NCBI GenBank assembly: GCA_964475655.1
Contig: CAYYXE010000002.1
Location: forward strand, 1 to 63,778
Origin: an uncultured Candidatus Saccharibacteria bacterium
GTDB taxonomy: Bacteria; Patescibacteriota; Minisyncoccia; Phycocordibacterales; UBA9973
Reading direction: 5' to 3'
Length of the DNA stretch: 63,778 nt
In this document: piece by piece, positions 9,645 through 18,301 of the stretch
Layout: every line of letters starts with the position of its first letter
Numbering within the stretch: position 1 is the first letter of the stretch
The notes under the pieces: model-generated
Seen by the model: only the letters and a program-made list of their open reading frames with translations
Told to the model about the DNA's origin: nothing
Databases searched by the model: none
Program-made: the position numbers and the translations under genes

Positions 9645-12113
9645 ATGAAACGATATATCATTGTTCTATCATTGATTTTCCTTGCACTTCCTCAAGCTGC
9701 ATTTGCAGTACCTGTACAATGTCCGGCAGGTGCGATCACGACAGACGGCATCTTTGATCCCAATGCGCAGGTGCCGTCAGGATACGGATCGGGAAGCAAT
9801 AGCTTTGGCGGACTCAACTTTAGTGGAGTCGGCGGTGCGCTCGCAGGCTGTCTCAATGTGGGAGGATTTGCAACAAGTAGCCTCAAAGATCTCTTTGGAT
9901 CTGGTGCCAAAAGCGCAGCGAACCGTGTTGCACCTAACGGTACGACAGACAAGGCGAGCTGCATTGCAGAGTACAATACCGATAAGGCATCTGAGGCAGC
10001 CGCATGCGCAACTCGCGCGACACAAATACTCAAAGATGGCTGTATGCAAAGTGTAAACACTAAGTACGAAGGCTTGTTGGCAAATTGCGACACTGCATTT
10101 ACTGACACAAGTGGGTTTGAAAGTAGCAGTGTGGGTATTTCGACAGGCGGACAAAGTGTCCCTGTTGCAGACAGCGCAGTCAATACCCAGCTCTCCAAAA
10201 TAAACGAACGCGAGCAGTGCCTCAACGGCGTTGCCAACGCTGCAGCAAAGTCGGTCTTGCAGAGCTTCACCACCAAAACAATCAATTGGGCAAAGACAGG
10301 GTTTGACGGCAATCCCTTTTATGTGCGCGACATTGATTCGTATATGAAATCGATCCGGGACGAAAAGGTGTCGTCCTTTCTCCAAGATGTGCCCAATGCC
10401 GACCCAGTGTTTGGTATTGCGCTTCGATCTATCATCACGGAGCAAGTAACGGGATTTACCGATGGAAGACTTACACAGATCATGAATACTCCTGAGGCAC
10501 GGGAATATGAAGCATTTCAAAACGACTTCACCCAAGGTGGATGGAACGCATTTCTCAATCCACGCAACAATGCGGTAGGTGCATACTTTAATGCCGTCGA
10601 TCGGCTCAGCAGCATTGTCGATACTGCAAAGCAAAATGTGAGGGACGAACTCGTGCAGGGAAATGGATTTTTGAGTATGAAAAAGTGTGCTGAATACGCA
10701 ACAAACCGTGTTGCACCTAACGGTACGACAGACAAGGCGAGCTGCATTGCAGAGTACAATACCGATAAGGCATCTGAGGCAGCCGCATGCGCAACTCGCG
10801 CGACACAAATACTCAAAGATGGCTGTATGCAAAGTGTAAACACTAAGTACGAAGGCTTGTTGGCAAATTGCGACACTGCATTTACTGACACAAGTGGGTT
10901 TGAAAGTACCGGAAACAGCAACCGATGCCTCAGGTATGAGACGGTGACACCCGGTGCACTCATTTCAAACCAAGTATCAGCAGTGCTCAACTCACCAATC
11001 AACCAATCAATCGCTGCCGACTCGATCAACGAAGTCGTAGGCGGGTTCTTTGATAGCATGCTCAACAATCTCTTTAGTAAGGGACTTGGATCGCTCGGGA
11101 GAAGTAGGGGGTCGACCCTTAGTGGTCAAAACGTTGTATACGACAGCAGCGGCAACGTCCTGCCCGGGGTAGCCGAGGCGCTTTCGATGGAGGGAGTGCA
11201 GAGTAGTTGTATCGACAATGGCTACGCGGGTGACTTTGACATCAGTCGACCACAGCAACTGCGCGCCATCATTCAGACCCAGAAGGATTACCTCAATCGC
11301 ATCAATGACAATGCACTTGCTGCAGCAGACATCGTCCCCGCACTTGGTAAACTCGATTACTGCATTCCCGGTCCCAACCCCACCTGGAAGGATGGCCTCG
11401 ATGAAAACTTCCAGACATTTTTGAGTTCGTTTAGAGTCGACAGCAAGACACTAAACGGCCCGCTTGGACTCTTTTCATCAACATCAGTCGCATTTGTTGC
11501 AGATGCGTCGCTCTTTGATAAAGCAAAGAGTCAGTACCACCAGATCAGAAATTTCACCTTCAGTGGCCAAGGAAGTGGGTCATTCCTTGGCATCGGAGGC
11601 ACCGGTCAGACACTTGATAGTCTCGATGCTTTCCTCAAAAACGGATACAACACACTCCTAAGTCTATACACTGCGACCTACAATCCAGCATCCATCGCAA
11701 CTGCATTTGGTGCAGTGGTGCCAGTATCAGACAGAGCAACAGCGATCGCAAGCATCAACGAAAGTTTTAAAGAAACGAAAAGCCTCTCTGCATATGGACA
11801 GATCATTCCCCAATACCAACTCTTTTATAGTCAATCAGATGCACAAAGTAGGTCAAACATTGCCGAACTTGAATCAATCAACGCCGAAGTGCTCCAAATC
11901 GTTGCAACTGCGAAGGCTCGTTATCTCAGAGATCATCCCGAAGTTGCTTCTGCAATCAACCCAAAGACCGGAAATCGTTGCATTGATGATGCATATATAG
12001 TCAATACCACTCCGATCACGGGAGCCGCCCGCCAGCGCACCAACTCCATCTTGCCCGCAACGGACATTCCTTACTCAAAGGCATCAAACGATTATTTCTA
12101 CAATACCCTATAA
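9645..12113 (+). CDS. large secreted Cys-containing protein with an internal perfect duplication, hypothetical
   Basis: 822 aa with signal peptide LIFLALPQAAFA. A 68-aa segment NRVAPNGTTDKASCIAEY...TSGFES occurs twice. Confidence 0.7.
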   Translation: MKRYIIVLSLIFLALPQAAFAVPVQCPAGAITTDGIFDPNAQVPSGYGSGSNSFGGLNFSGVGGALAGCLNVGGFATSSLKDLFGSGAKSAANRVAPNGTTDKASCIAEYNTDKASEAAACATRATQILKDGCMQSVNTKYEGLLANCDTAFTDTSGFESSSVGISTGGQSVPVADSAVNTQLSKINEREQCLNGVANAAAKSVLQSFTTKTINWAKTGFDGNPFYVRDIDSYMKSIRDEKVSSFLQDVPNADPVFGIALRSIITEQVTGFTDGRLTQIMNTPEAREYEAFQNDFTQGGWNAFLNPRNNAVGAYFNAVDRLSSIVDTAKQNVRDELVQGNGFLSMKKCAEYATNRVAPNGTTDKASCIAEYNTDKASEAAACATRATQILKDGCMQSVNTKYEGLLANCDTAFTDTSGFESTGNSNRCLRYETVTPGALISNQVSAVLNSPINQSIAADSINEVVGGFFDSMLNNLFSKGLGSLGRSRGSTLSGQNVVYDSSGNVLPGVAEALSMEGVQSSCIDNGYAGDFDISRPQQLRAIIQTQKDYLNRINDNALAAADIVPALGKLDYCIPGPNPTWKDGLDENFQTFLSSFRVDSKTLNGPLGLFSSTSVAFVADASLFDKAKSQYHQIRNFTFSGQGSGSFLGIGGTGQTLDSLDAFLKNGYNTLLSLYTATYNPASIATAFGAVVPVSDRATAIASINESFKETKSLSAYGQIIPQYQLFYSQSDAQSRSNIAELESINAEVLQIVATAKARYLRDHPEVASAINPKTGNRCIDDAYIVNTTPITGAARQRTNSILPATDIPYSKASNDYFYNTL
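9921..10125 (+). repeat. copy 1 of a perfect 205-bp direct repeat
   Basis: Identical to 10704..10908. The offset is 783 nt (261 codons), so the duplication is in frame. Confidence 0.95.
10704..10908 (+). repeat. copy 2 of a perfect 205-bp direct repeat
   Basis: Identical to 9921..10125. Confidence 0.95.
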
Positions 12114-12120
12114 TACCTAC

Positions 12121-13017
12121 ATGAAACGCTTCCTCACCATCCTTATCCTCATCCTCAGTATTGTCGCGGTCTTTCTCGGCATAAGCTGGCTCGTCTCTCG
12201 CAAAAGTGCCCAAAAAAGTGGCAATACTCCTCAGACATTCAGAGAGTTTATAACAGGGGACACCGTCCCAGGATCAGCCACCTCTACTGATGATTCACTC
12301 AGCGGAGCATTCACAACCCCTCCCGATGGCACACTGGATGATGGCACCTCCTTGATAAAGCCGGGACCAGATGGTGTGTATGGTACACAGGATGATATAT
12401 CGACCCCTCCTTCACCAGCCGGAGCGCCCACAGATACCCGAATTAGTATATTTACCAACACTGGAGCACTCAATCCGGGAGATACCACCCCCCCATCGAC
12501 CAGTAGTGGCGTCGCCCCTGCAAACCAACCCGGGATAAAAACCCCAATACCTGTTCCTGTGCGGGATACCTTTGCTGGAGCGACCGTAGTCGGCGGCAAC
12601 GACTGCACTGATGCCGACCAAAACATTGTTTTCACCCCTCAGGAACTTGCCCAACTCCGCGCACTCCAAAACCGCTTTTATGCAGTAGCGACCACGCTCC
12701 ATACTGACGCAGATGTTGCAGCCGAATTTGCCAACTACAACACCTTTGACCTCAAGGCACGCAAGATCAACGAACTTGCAAATTACTGCACAAACCACAT
12801 TGCACAAGTCGTTGCGGCAAATCCAATCTACGGTACAACAGTTGCCACTCCATACTGGGGCGCTCCTCTCAAAGATAGTTTGTACGGATTCTTTAGCAAG
12901 GCTGCTACCCCTCAAGGCGGTATCACCCCTCCTGACTACGGCGGCCCCTTTGATATCAACGACCTCACTTCAGGGCTTCGCAACGTCGAACGCGCGCTGC
13001 GCCTCAATCTTTGGTAA
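12121..13017 (+). CDS. membrane-anchored Pro/Thr-rich protein, hypothetical
   Basis: 298 aa with an N-terminal TM (LTILILILSIVAVFLGISWLV) and a low-complexity P/T/G-rich linker. Confidence 0.55.
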   Translation: MKRFLTILILILSIVAVFLGISWLVSRKSAQKSGNTPQTFREFITGDTVPGSATSTDDSLSGAFTTPPDGTLDDGTSLIKPGPDGVYGTQDDISTPPSPAGAPTDTRISIFTNTGALNPGDTTPPSTSSGVAPANQPGIKTPIPVPVRDTFAGATVVGGNDCTDADQNIVFTPQELAQLRALQNRFYAVATTLHTDADVAAEFANYNTFDLKARKINELANYCTNHIAQVVAANPIYGTTVATPYWGAPLKDSLYGFFSKAATPQGGITPPDYGGPFDINDLTSGLRNVERALRLNLW

Positions 13018-13074
13018 CGCGAACCCAATTACCCGCATACTGTGCGGGTAATTCGTGTATCTGCGTGATACACT

Positions 13075-16000
13075 GTGTCTGTGCACACGCATCTATTTCG
13101 ACGTATGTTTTCTCTCTCCATCTTGAAAAAACTTTCAAAGGCGACACTACTGTCGGTTGTATTGCTCGTGATATTTTTGGGAAGCATGCGTCCGGCGTTT
13201 GCAGCACCTGATACTTCCTTAAAACAATATCGTGATTTGTTTGGCGCATATCTTGGCAATGATCCAGTCATTAAGGGTACCCCGGATGCAATATCACGGA
13301 CACAAAGTGGAGTATTTTATATACGAACCGATAGGGTAAGTAACGGGGTAACAAAGCTTTTGTTTGGGGCAAATCTTATGTTTCCAGGACTCAATGATGG
13401 TGCTCAATATGAAAATACTGAAAATCAAATATGGGACTATGTAGGCAACAACGACGGTGATGCAAATGACAGCAGTGGCACAACATCTTCTGCTGATGAC
13501 AGCTTTATACTTCGAACGTACCAGATCGACACAAACGGACAAAAAACCAATATTTCATACGAAACTGACATTTACAAGATAATGCAGACAGGTCCCAATG
13601 TCCCGCTCAATCAAATGCCTTTATTATCTGCACCTCAAACAGGGCAAGCAAAATTTTATAAATGGGGATATTTCAAAAACGCCAATGGTGCGGCACAGCG
13701 AGTGTATTTAGTTAACCAAAAAATTACTATTCCCGTTTCGTATACTACTGCGGTTCCGTATGGTGCAACTATGGGAGCAGATCTCTGGTACTGTGGCGGC
13801 CGAGGAGCAGGTGTAGGTAATGGGGACTTTTCAAGAGGAGATGATGAAATAACGGGATGGGAAAACAACGTTGAATTCTTTGATGGTGACCCTGAGCTCT
13901 GCGATGGTACTGCGTATTGGAAAATAGGACCGAGTATTACATTCACGCTCCCCGCAAGTGCCCAAGCTGCGATACAAGAAAATGAGGCACAGGCCGCAGC
14001 ACAAGCACAACAGATTGCAAATGTTGGATCTGCTAGGTCAGGACAAGAAGGTGCAGGTGACGTTCTTCCGCAGTGTAGTATGAGCAATGGCACGTTTGGC
14101 TCGGGTTCATTTGTGGGCTGTATTGCATACCTTGTGTACTATCTGGTGTACTGGCCGGTGGCATGGTTTGCCGGTATTTTGGGTAAACTCTTTGACTTCT
14201 TCCTCGGCTATTCGCTCAGCGATGCGTCGTACCGCGCTCAGTTTGCAGTGCGCGGCTGGCAGATCGTGCGCGATCTTTCCAACATCTTCTTTATTATCAT
14301 CCTTGTCTATACTGGACTTATGGCCGTATTTGGGGGTGGTCCAAATATGAAAAAGGTGGTGCCACAACTTATCCTCAATGCGCTCCTCATCAACTTTTCT
14401 CTCTTTGGAACCCGTGTCATCATCGACATCTCCAACGTCGTCGCGCGTGTCTTTTATAAGTCAGTCGAGGTGTGCGATGGCAAATGCAACAGCGACATGT
14501 CCAACAAAAAGGAGGGGATCGCAGGCTACACCCCACTCTCCGAAAAGATCGTATCTGCATTCAATCCTCAAAAAATATTTAGTACCGATACACTTAGTGC
14601 TGCAAGCGCCCTCCCTGACAATGGCACAAGCCAGCAAGGCAGTGTGAATGCGCGAGTAGCAGATCGCAGTACCAGTGAATATGCGGGGTATTTCATTGTT
14701 GTGAGCCTCATCGCCGCATTTATCCTTTTTGCAATAGCGATGATGTTTTGGAAGACGGCGTTCTTCTTTGTCGGGCGCGTGATCGGACTCTATCTCTGCA
14801 TGATCTTTGCGCCATTTGCAGTACTCACCAAGGGCGGCATGCCGCTCGTGAGCAGTATCGGCGAACTCTCCTGGAAAAAGTGGTCCGAAGATCTTGTCAA
14901 CTACGCAACTCTTGCGCCTATCTTTGTATTCTTTCTCTATGTCATTTACTCATTCCTTGAGACTGACTTTATCAAAGTCTATGCAGACAAAGTCGGCAAT
15001 AGCTTCTTTGAGACCGTGGTGTACATCGCCATCCCGATGATCATCGTGTGGTACATGATCAGACAGGGAGTAAAGATTGCCGAAAAGTATGCAGGTGATG
15101 CGGGTAAGTTGGTATCGGGATATATCAACAAAGCGACTGGGTTTGTCGGGGGAGCGGCGCTTGGGGTTGCGACAGGGGGAGCGGCATTTTTGGGAAGAAA
15201 CGCAGTCGGACGAGGTCTTCGACTGCTTGGTAATAGCGGCAAAAGAACTGATGCTGCTGGCAATACAACAACCCGCGCAGAACGTTGGGCGGCAAATTCA
15301 AATAATAGCTGGCTTTCTCGACAATGGAACAACACCTATAGTAAGACTCAGACCGGTTCATGGGATGCGCGAAATACAAAGTTGGGCGGCCTTGTAAGTA
15401 GTGCAGGAGGTTCACTCGGAGGCCAGATGGGCGTCAAGTTTTCTGACAAACTATCTGGATCTATATATGGGCTGGGCAAAGACTCTGGAAAAGGTGGTGT
15501 GGTTGAAGTAAACAAAAAACTTGCAAAGCGTAAGCAAGAAATTTTAGAGAAAAAAGTTGACATGAGCCACCTCAGTGATGACGAAGCAAAAAATGCTGCG
15601 ACAAAATACAAGAGTGATCAGATCAAAAAATATGGCGAAGCTCATTGGGAAGAGCATATCGATAAGGTGGATACACTCAAAGCCCCCAAAGATGCAATGG
15701 ATGCTGCAAAAACAGCTCTTGATGCAGCAATAAAAGATCTTGATGACAAAACAAAAGCTGGTACCGCTACTACTGCGGATAGACTTGCACGCGATAGGGC
15801 ACAGAAGGACTTTGACAACAAAAAACAAGCGTTTGATGCAGCAAAAATTGGTATTATCGATAATATAAAACAAGGCAAAGCTGACGCTATCAAAGATAAA
15901 GCTTTGGAATTTGCACAAAAAGAAAAGGAGAAGGAGCTTGCTGCGTACAAGGTCAAAGATGCAGCCTCATTTGGCAACATGATGCGCGCTGAGTACGTAA

Positions 16001-16602
16001 ATGGCCTTCAGAATGCTTCATTTATGAAGAAACTAATAGAGGGTATCGATGTGACAAATCCAGTTTCTATGATCGGAGCTGCTGCTGGAGTAGCAGTATC
16101 TGCACTTATTCCTCCACTTACCCCGTTAGTTGTAACGGCAATGACTGCTGCTATCGCAAAAGAGCTTGGTGATGAAATTGTATATGCAGCAACAGGAAGC
16201 AATGGTAAAGCTGTTAAAGCGATAAATAAAAAAGCAAAATCAAAAGCGGGAACTGGAAATGTGCTTATTGACATGGAAGCGCGTCTAGAAACTCTAAAAG
16301 CAGTAGTGACGAATGCTATCAAGAAAGACTTTGATAAAGTTACAGAAGATGAAATCCTTGATTACACTGCAGATCTTCAGGGTGAAGTAGATGAACTCAA
16401 TGATAAAATCAAGAGTAAAACCGGTACTCCTGACGAGCTCAAACAGGCACGAAGACATCGTGCACGTAAACTTGATGAACTTGATAAACTCAAAAACATT
16501 CAAGATAAGATTGCTCGCCAGCAAAAAGATATCGACGACCACAAACAAAAAGAAAAGGAGAAGGAAGAAAATAAAAAGAAAAAGGATGAAGAGAAAAAAT
16601 AA
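13075..16602 (+). CDS. VirB6/TrbL/TcpH-like polytopic membrane protein with a large N-terminal ectodomain and a Lys/Glu/Asp-rich coiled-coil tail
   Basis: 1175 aa (ATG alternative at 13105). Signal peptide, a ~330-aa extracellular region, then a block of about 6-8 hydrophobic helices. The C-terminal ~450 aa are charged coiled coil ending KEKEKEENKKKKDEEKK. Confidence 0.55.
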   Translation: MSVHTHLFRRMFSLSILKKLSKATLLSVVLLVIFLGSMRPAFAAPDTSLKQYRDLFGAYLGNDPVIKGTPDAISRTQSGVFYIRTDRVSNGVTKLLFGANLMFPGLNDGAQYENTENQIWDYVGNNDGDANDSSGTTSSADDSFILRTYQIDTNGQKTNISYETDIYKIMQTGPNVPLNQMPLLSAPQTGQAKFYKWGYFKNANGAAQRVYLVNQKITIPVSYTTAVPYGATMGADLWYCGGRGAGVGNGDFSRGDDEITGWENNVEFFDGDPELCDGTAYWKIGPSITFTLPASAQAAIQENEAQAAAQAQQIANVGSARSGQEGAGDVLPQCSMSNGTFGSGSFVGCIAYLVYYLVYWPVAWFAGILGKLFDFFLGYSLSDASYRAQFAVRGWQIVRDLSNIFFIIILVYTGLMAVFGGGPNMKKVVPQLILNALLINFSLFGTRVIIDISNVVARVFYKSVEVCDGKCNSDMSNKKEGIAGYTPLSEKIVSAFNPQKIFSTDTLSAASALPDNGTSQQGSVNARVADRSTSEYAGYFIVVSLIAAFILFAIAMMFWKTAFFFVGRVIGLYLCMIFAPFAVLTKGGMPLVSSIGELSWKKWSEDLVNYATLAPIFVFFLYVIYSFLETDFIKVYADKVGNSFFETVVYIAIPMIIVWYMIRQGVKIAEKYAGDAGKLVSGYINKATGFVGGAALGVATGGAAFLGRNAVGRGLRLLGNSGKRTDAAGNTTTRAERWAANSNNSWLSRQWNNTYSKTQTGSWDARNTKLGGLVSSAGGSLGGQMGVKFSDKLSGSIYGLGKDSGKGGVVEVNKKLAKRKQEILEKKVDMSHLSDDEAKNAATKYKSDQIKKYGEAHWEEHIDKVDTLKAPKDAMDAAKTALDAAIKDLDDKTKAGTATTADRLARDRAQKDFDNKKQAFDAAKIGIIDNIKQGKADAIKDKALEFAQKEKEKELAAYKVKDAASFGNMMRAEYVNGLQNASFMKKLIEGIDVTNPVSMIGAAAGVAVSALIPPLTPLVVTAMTAAIAKELGDEIVYAATGSNGKAVKAINKKAKSKAGTGNVLIDMEARLETLKAVVTNAIKKDFDKVTEDEILDYTADLQGEVDELNDKIKSKTGTPDELKQARRHRARKLDELDKLKNIQDKIARQQKDIDDHKQKEKEKEENKKKKDEEKK

Positions 16603-16605
16603 TCT

Positions 16606-17214
16606 ATGGACACAACTACTACAAAAATCGAAGAAGATACTTTCCAAGAAGCACTTGATGCTATGCCTGAGGAAGTACGCGACTACATGTGGGGTCCAGC
16701 ATTTGATTATGCGATAGACGTCGCAGAGAAGGTCATCACTCTCAGTTCGCAAGAAAAAGAATACGTTCGTGATATTGCGTACGATTTGCTCATGCGACTT
16801 ATTGATATGGACAGCGCGGCAAATATTCTTTTGGAGAAGAAAGTTGCACCAGAAAAAGTGAGTAAAATTATGTACTATATTGATCAAGAAATTCTCGAGT
16901 CAGCAAGAAACCTAGTTAACTATTATGGAGACATCAATGAAATTGCTCGAAGTGACCAAGGTAAGTCTGCACAGAGCAATGAATCCGAACAGCCTCCACA
17001 AACCGTTCCGGATACCTTCTCTCGTCTCTCCCAATCCTTCACTACCCCTTCCGCAATCATTCCCAAAAAGAGCGTGTACACCGATCTTCCTTCTGCATCT
17101 GCCTCAGTATCGAACACGCCGCCTGGCTCTCGGCCGCTCTCTGAAGCAATACCGAAGTCTGATACTAGCAAACCCGCTGTCGATCCATACCGACTTGATC
17201 CCAACGAGAAGTAA
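16606..17214 (+). CDS. hypothetical protein
   Basis: 202 aa with an acidic N-terminal half and a Ser/Pro-rich C-terminal half. 3-nt gap to the upstream ORF. Confidence 0.5.
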   Translation: MDTTTTKIEEDTFQEALDAMPEEVRDYMWGPAFDYAIDVAEKVITLSSQEKEYVRDIAYDLLMRLIDMDSAANILLEKKVAPEKVSKIMYYIDQEILESARNLVNYYGDINEIARSDQGKSAQSNESEQPPQTVPDTFSRLSQSFTTPSAIIPKKSVYTDLPSASASVSNTPPGSRPLSEAIPKSDTSKPAVDPYRLDPNEK

Positions 17215-17243
17215 TTTATATCTTGATAGGGTACAATAGATGC

Positions 17244-17645
17244 ATGCAGTTTAAGGTACCGCAATTTATCGACATCGAAGACAAAGTCTTTGGGCCGTTT
17301 ACGTTTAAACAATTTCTCTACCTTGCGGGTGGGGCAGGGCTTTTGTATCTTTCATTCAAATTGCTACCGCTCATCATTGCACTCATCATAGGACCTGCGC
17401 TTGGCGGACTTGGTCTTGCGCTTGCATTCTTTAAGTACAACGATAAGCCGTTTGTCAATGTGCTCCAGTCCTTCATCCGTTACTACACGCACTCCCGTCT
17501 CTATCTGTGGCACAAGCAGGATCCCAAAGCACCCAAGAAATCCGTCCCCGAAGCAGCTGCATCAAGCGCGCGTGGTACACTGACAGAGAGTAAGCTCAAG
17601 ACCCTCTCATGGAGTCTTGATGTCATCGACCCCAACAAACAATAG
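17244..17645 (+). CDS. PrgI/TcpE-family small membrane protein (VirB3-like role)
   Basis: MQFKVPQFIDIEDKVFGPFTFKQFLYL followed by two TM helices, the characteristic PrgI-family N-terminus. Lies directly upstream of the VirB4 genes. Confidence 0.65.
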   Translation: MQFKVPQFIDIEDKVFGPFTFKQFLYLAGGAGLLYLSFKLLPLIIALIIGPALGGLGLALAFFKYNDKPFVNVLQSFIRYYTHSRLYLWHKQDPKAPKKSVPEAAASSARGTLTESKLKTLSWSLDVIDPNKQ

Positions 17646-17647
17646 CT

Positions 17648-18283
17648 ATGGCAACCCTTGGCACACCCGCCCAACAATTTGTTCCGATCCAAGAAGTCAG
17701 AGACGGCATCATGGTCATGAAAGACGGCACGCTCGCGATGGCGGCACTGGTTTCTTCGATCAATCTGTCACTGAAGAGCTACGACGAGCAGCGCGCGACA
17801 CTCATGCAGTTTCAAAATTTCCTCAATACGCTTGATTTTCCGATCCAAATCGTTATTCAAAGTCGCCGCTATGATATCCGGCCATATATACTCACTCTCG
17901 AAAACCGCCTCAAGCAGCAAACAGAGCCCTTGCTCCAAGTACAGACCCGCGAATACATTCAATTTATCCAAAAGTTTACCCAAGATGTCAGTATCATGCG
18001 CAAAAGCTTCTTTGTGGTCGTACCGTACATCCCTCCCATCTTGAGCCAAAAGCAGGGCTTGGGCAAAGTACTTTCGTTTTTGAACAAAAAGCCTGCAGCC
18101 ACACAAAGCGTCACCGACTTTGAAGAACAGCGCACCCAACTCGAGGAGCGCATGAGTGTCGTAGTACAAGGCCTTACGCGCGTAGGCCTCCGGGTAGGGC
18201 AGCTTGGTACCGAAGAAGTGATTGAGCTTTTGTACAAAACATTCAACCCAGGTGACACCATGACACACGCAAATGCAGTGTAG
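17648..18283 (+). CDS. stand-alone VirB4/TcpF N-terminal-like module
   Basis: FVPIQEVRDGIMVMKDGTLAM...SINLSLKSYDEQRATLMQFQNFLNTLDFPIQIVIQS resembles the N-terminus of Gram-positive VirB4-type ATPases (IPy..m..DGI...DINY.L..e...if..w..fLN). Confidence 0.45.
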   Translation: MATLGTPAQQFVPIQEVRDGIMVMKDGTLAMAALVSSINLSLKSYDEQRATLMQFQNFLNTLDFPIQIVIQSRRYDIRPYILTLENRLKQQTEPLLQVQTREYIQFIQKFTQDVSIMRKSFFVVVPYIPPILSQKQGLGKVLSFLNKKPAATQSVTDFEEQRTQLEERMSVVVQGLTRVGLRVGQLGTEEVIELLYKTFNPGDTMTHANAV

Positions 18284-18301
18284 TGCTGTATACTATAGAG
18301 A

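Noticed and set aside
9777-10832. 351-aa minus-strand ORF (plus 9692..10312 and 10517..11068) antisense to the 822-aa gene
   Set aside because: It lies entirely within a better-supported + strand gene of a tightly packed operon. Its composition is Cys/Arg-rich mirror-frame noise, and its internal repeat is just the antisense of the 205-bp duplication.
9921-10908. The 205-bp repeat pair as a diversity-generating retroelement template/variable repeat pair
   Set aside because: The two copies are identical, with no adenine-specific mismatches. Both are inside the same ORF, and no reverse transcriptase ORF is present in the window.
16294-16887. 197-aa minus-strand ORF spanning the end of the VirB6-like gene and the next ORF
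   Set aside because: It is a low-complexity Phe/Ile/Leu-rich translation of the antisense of a Lys/Glu-rich coding region. It crosses a gene boundary of the + strand operon.
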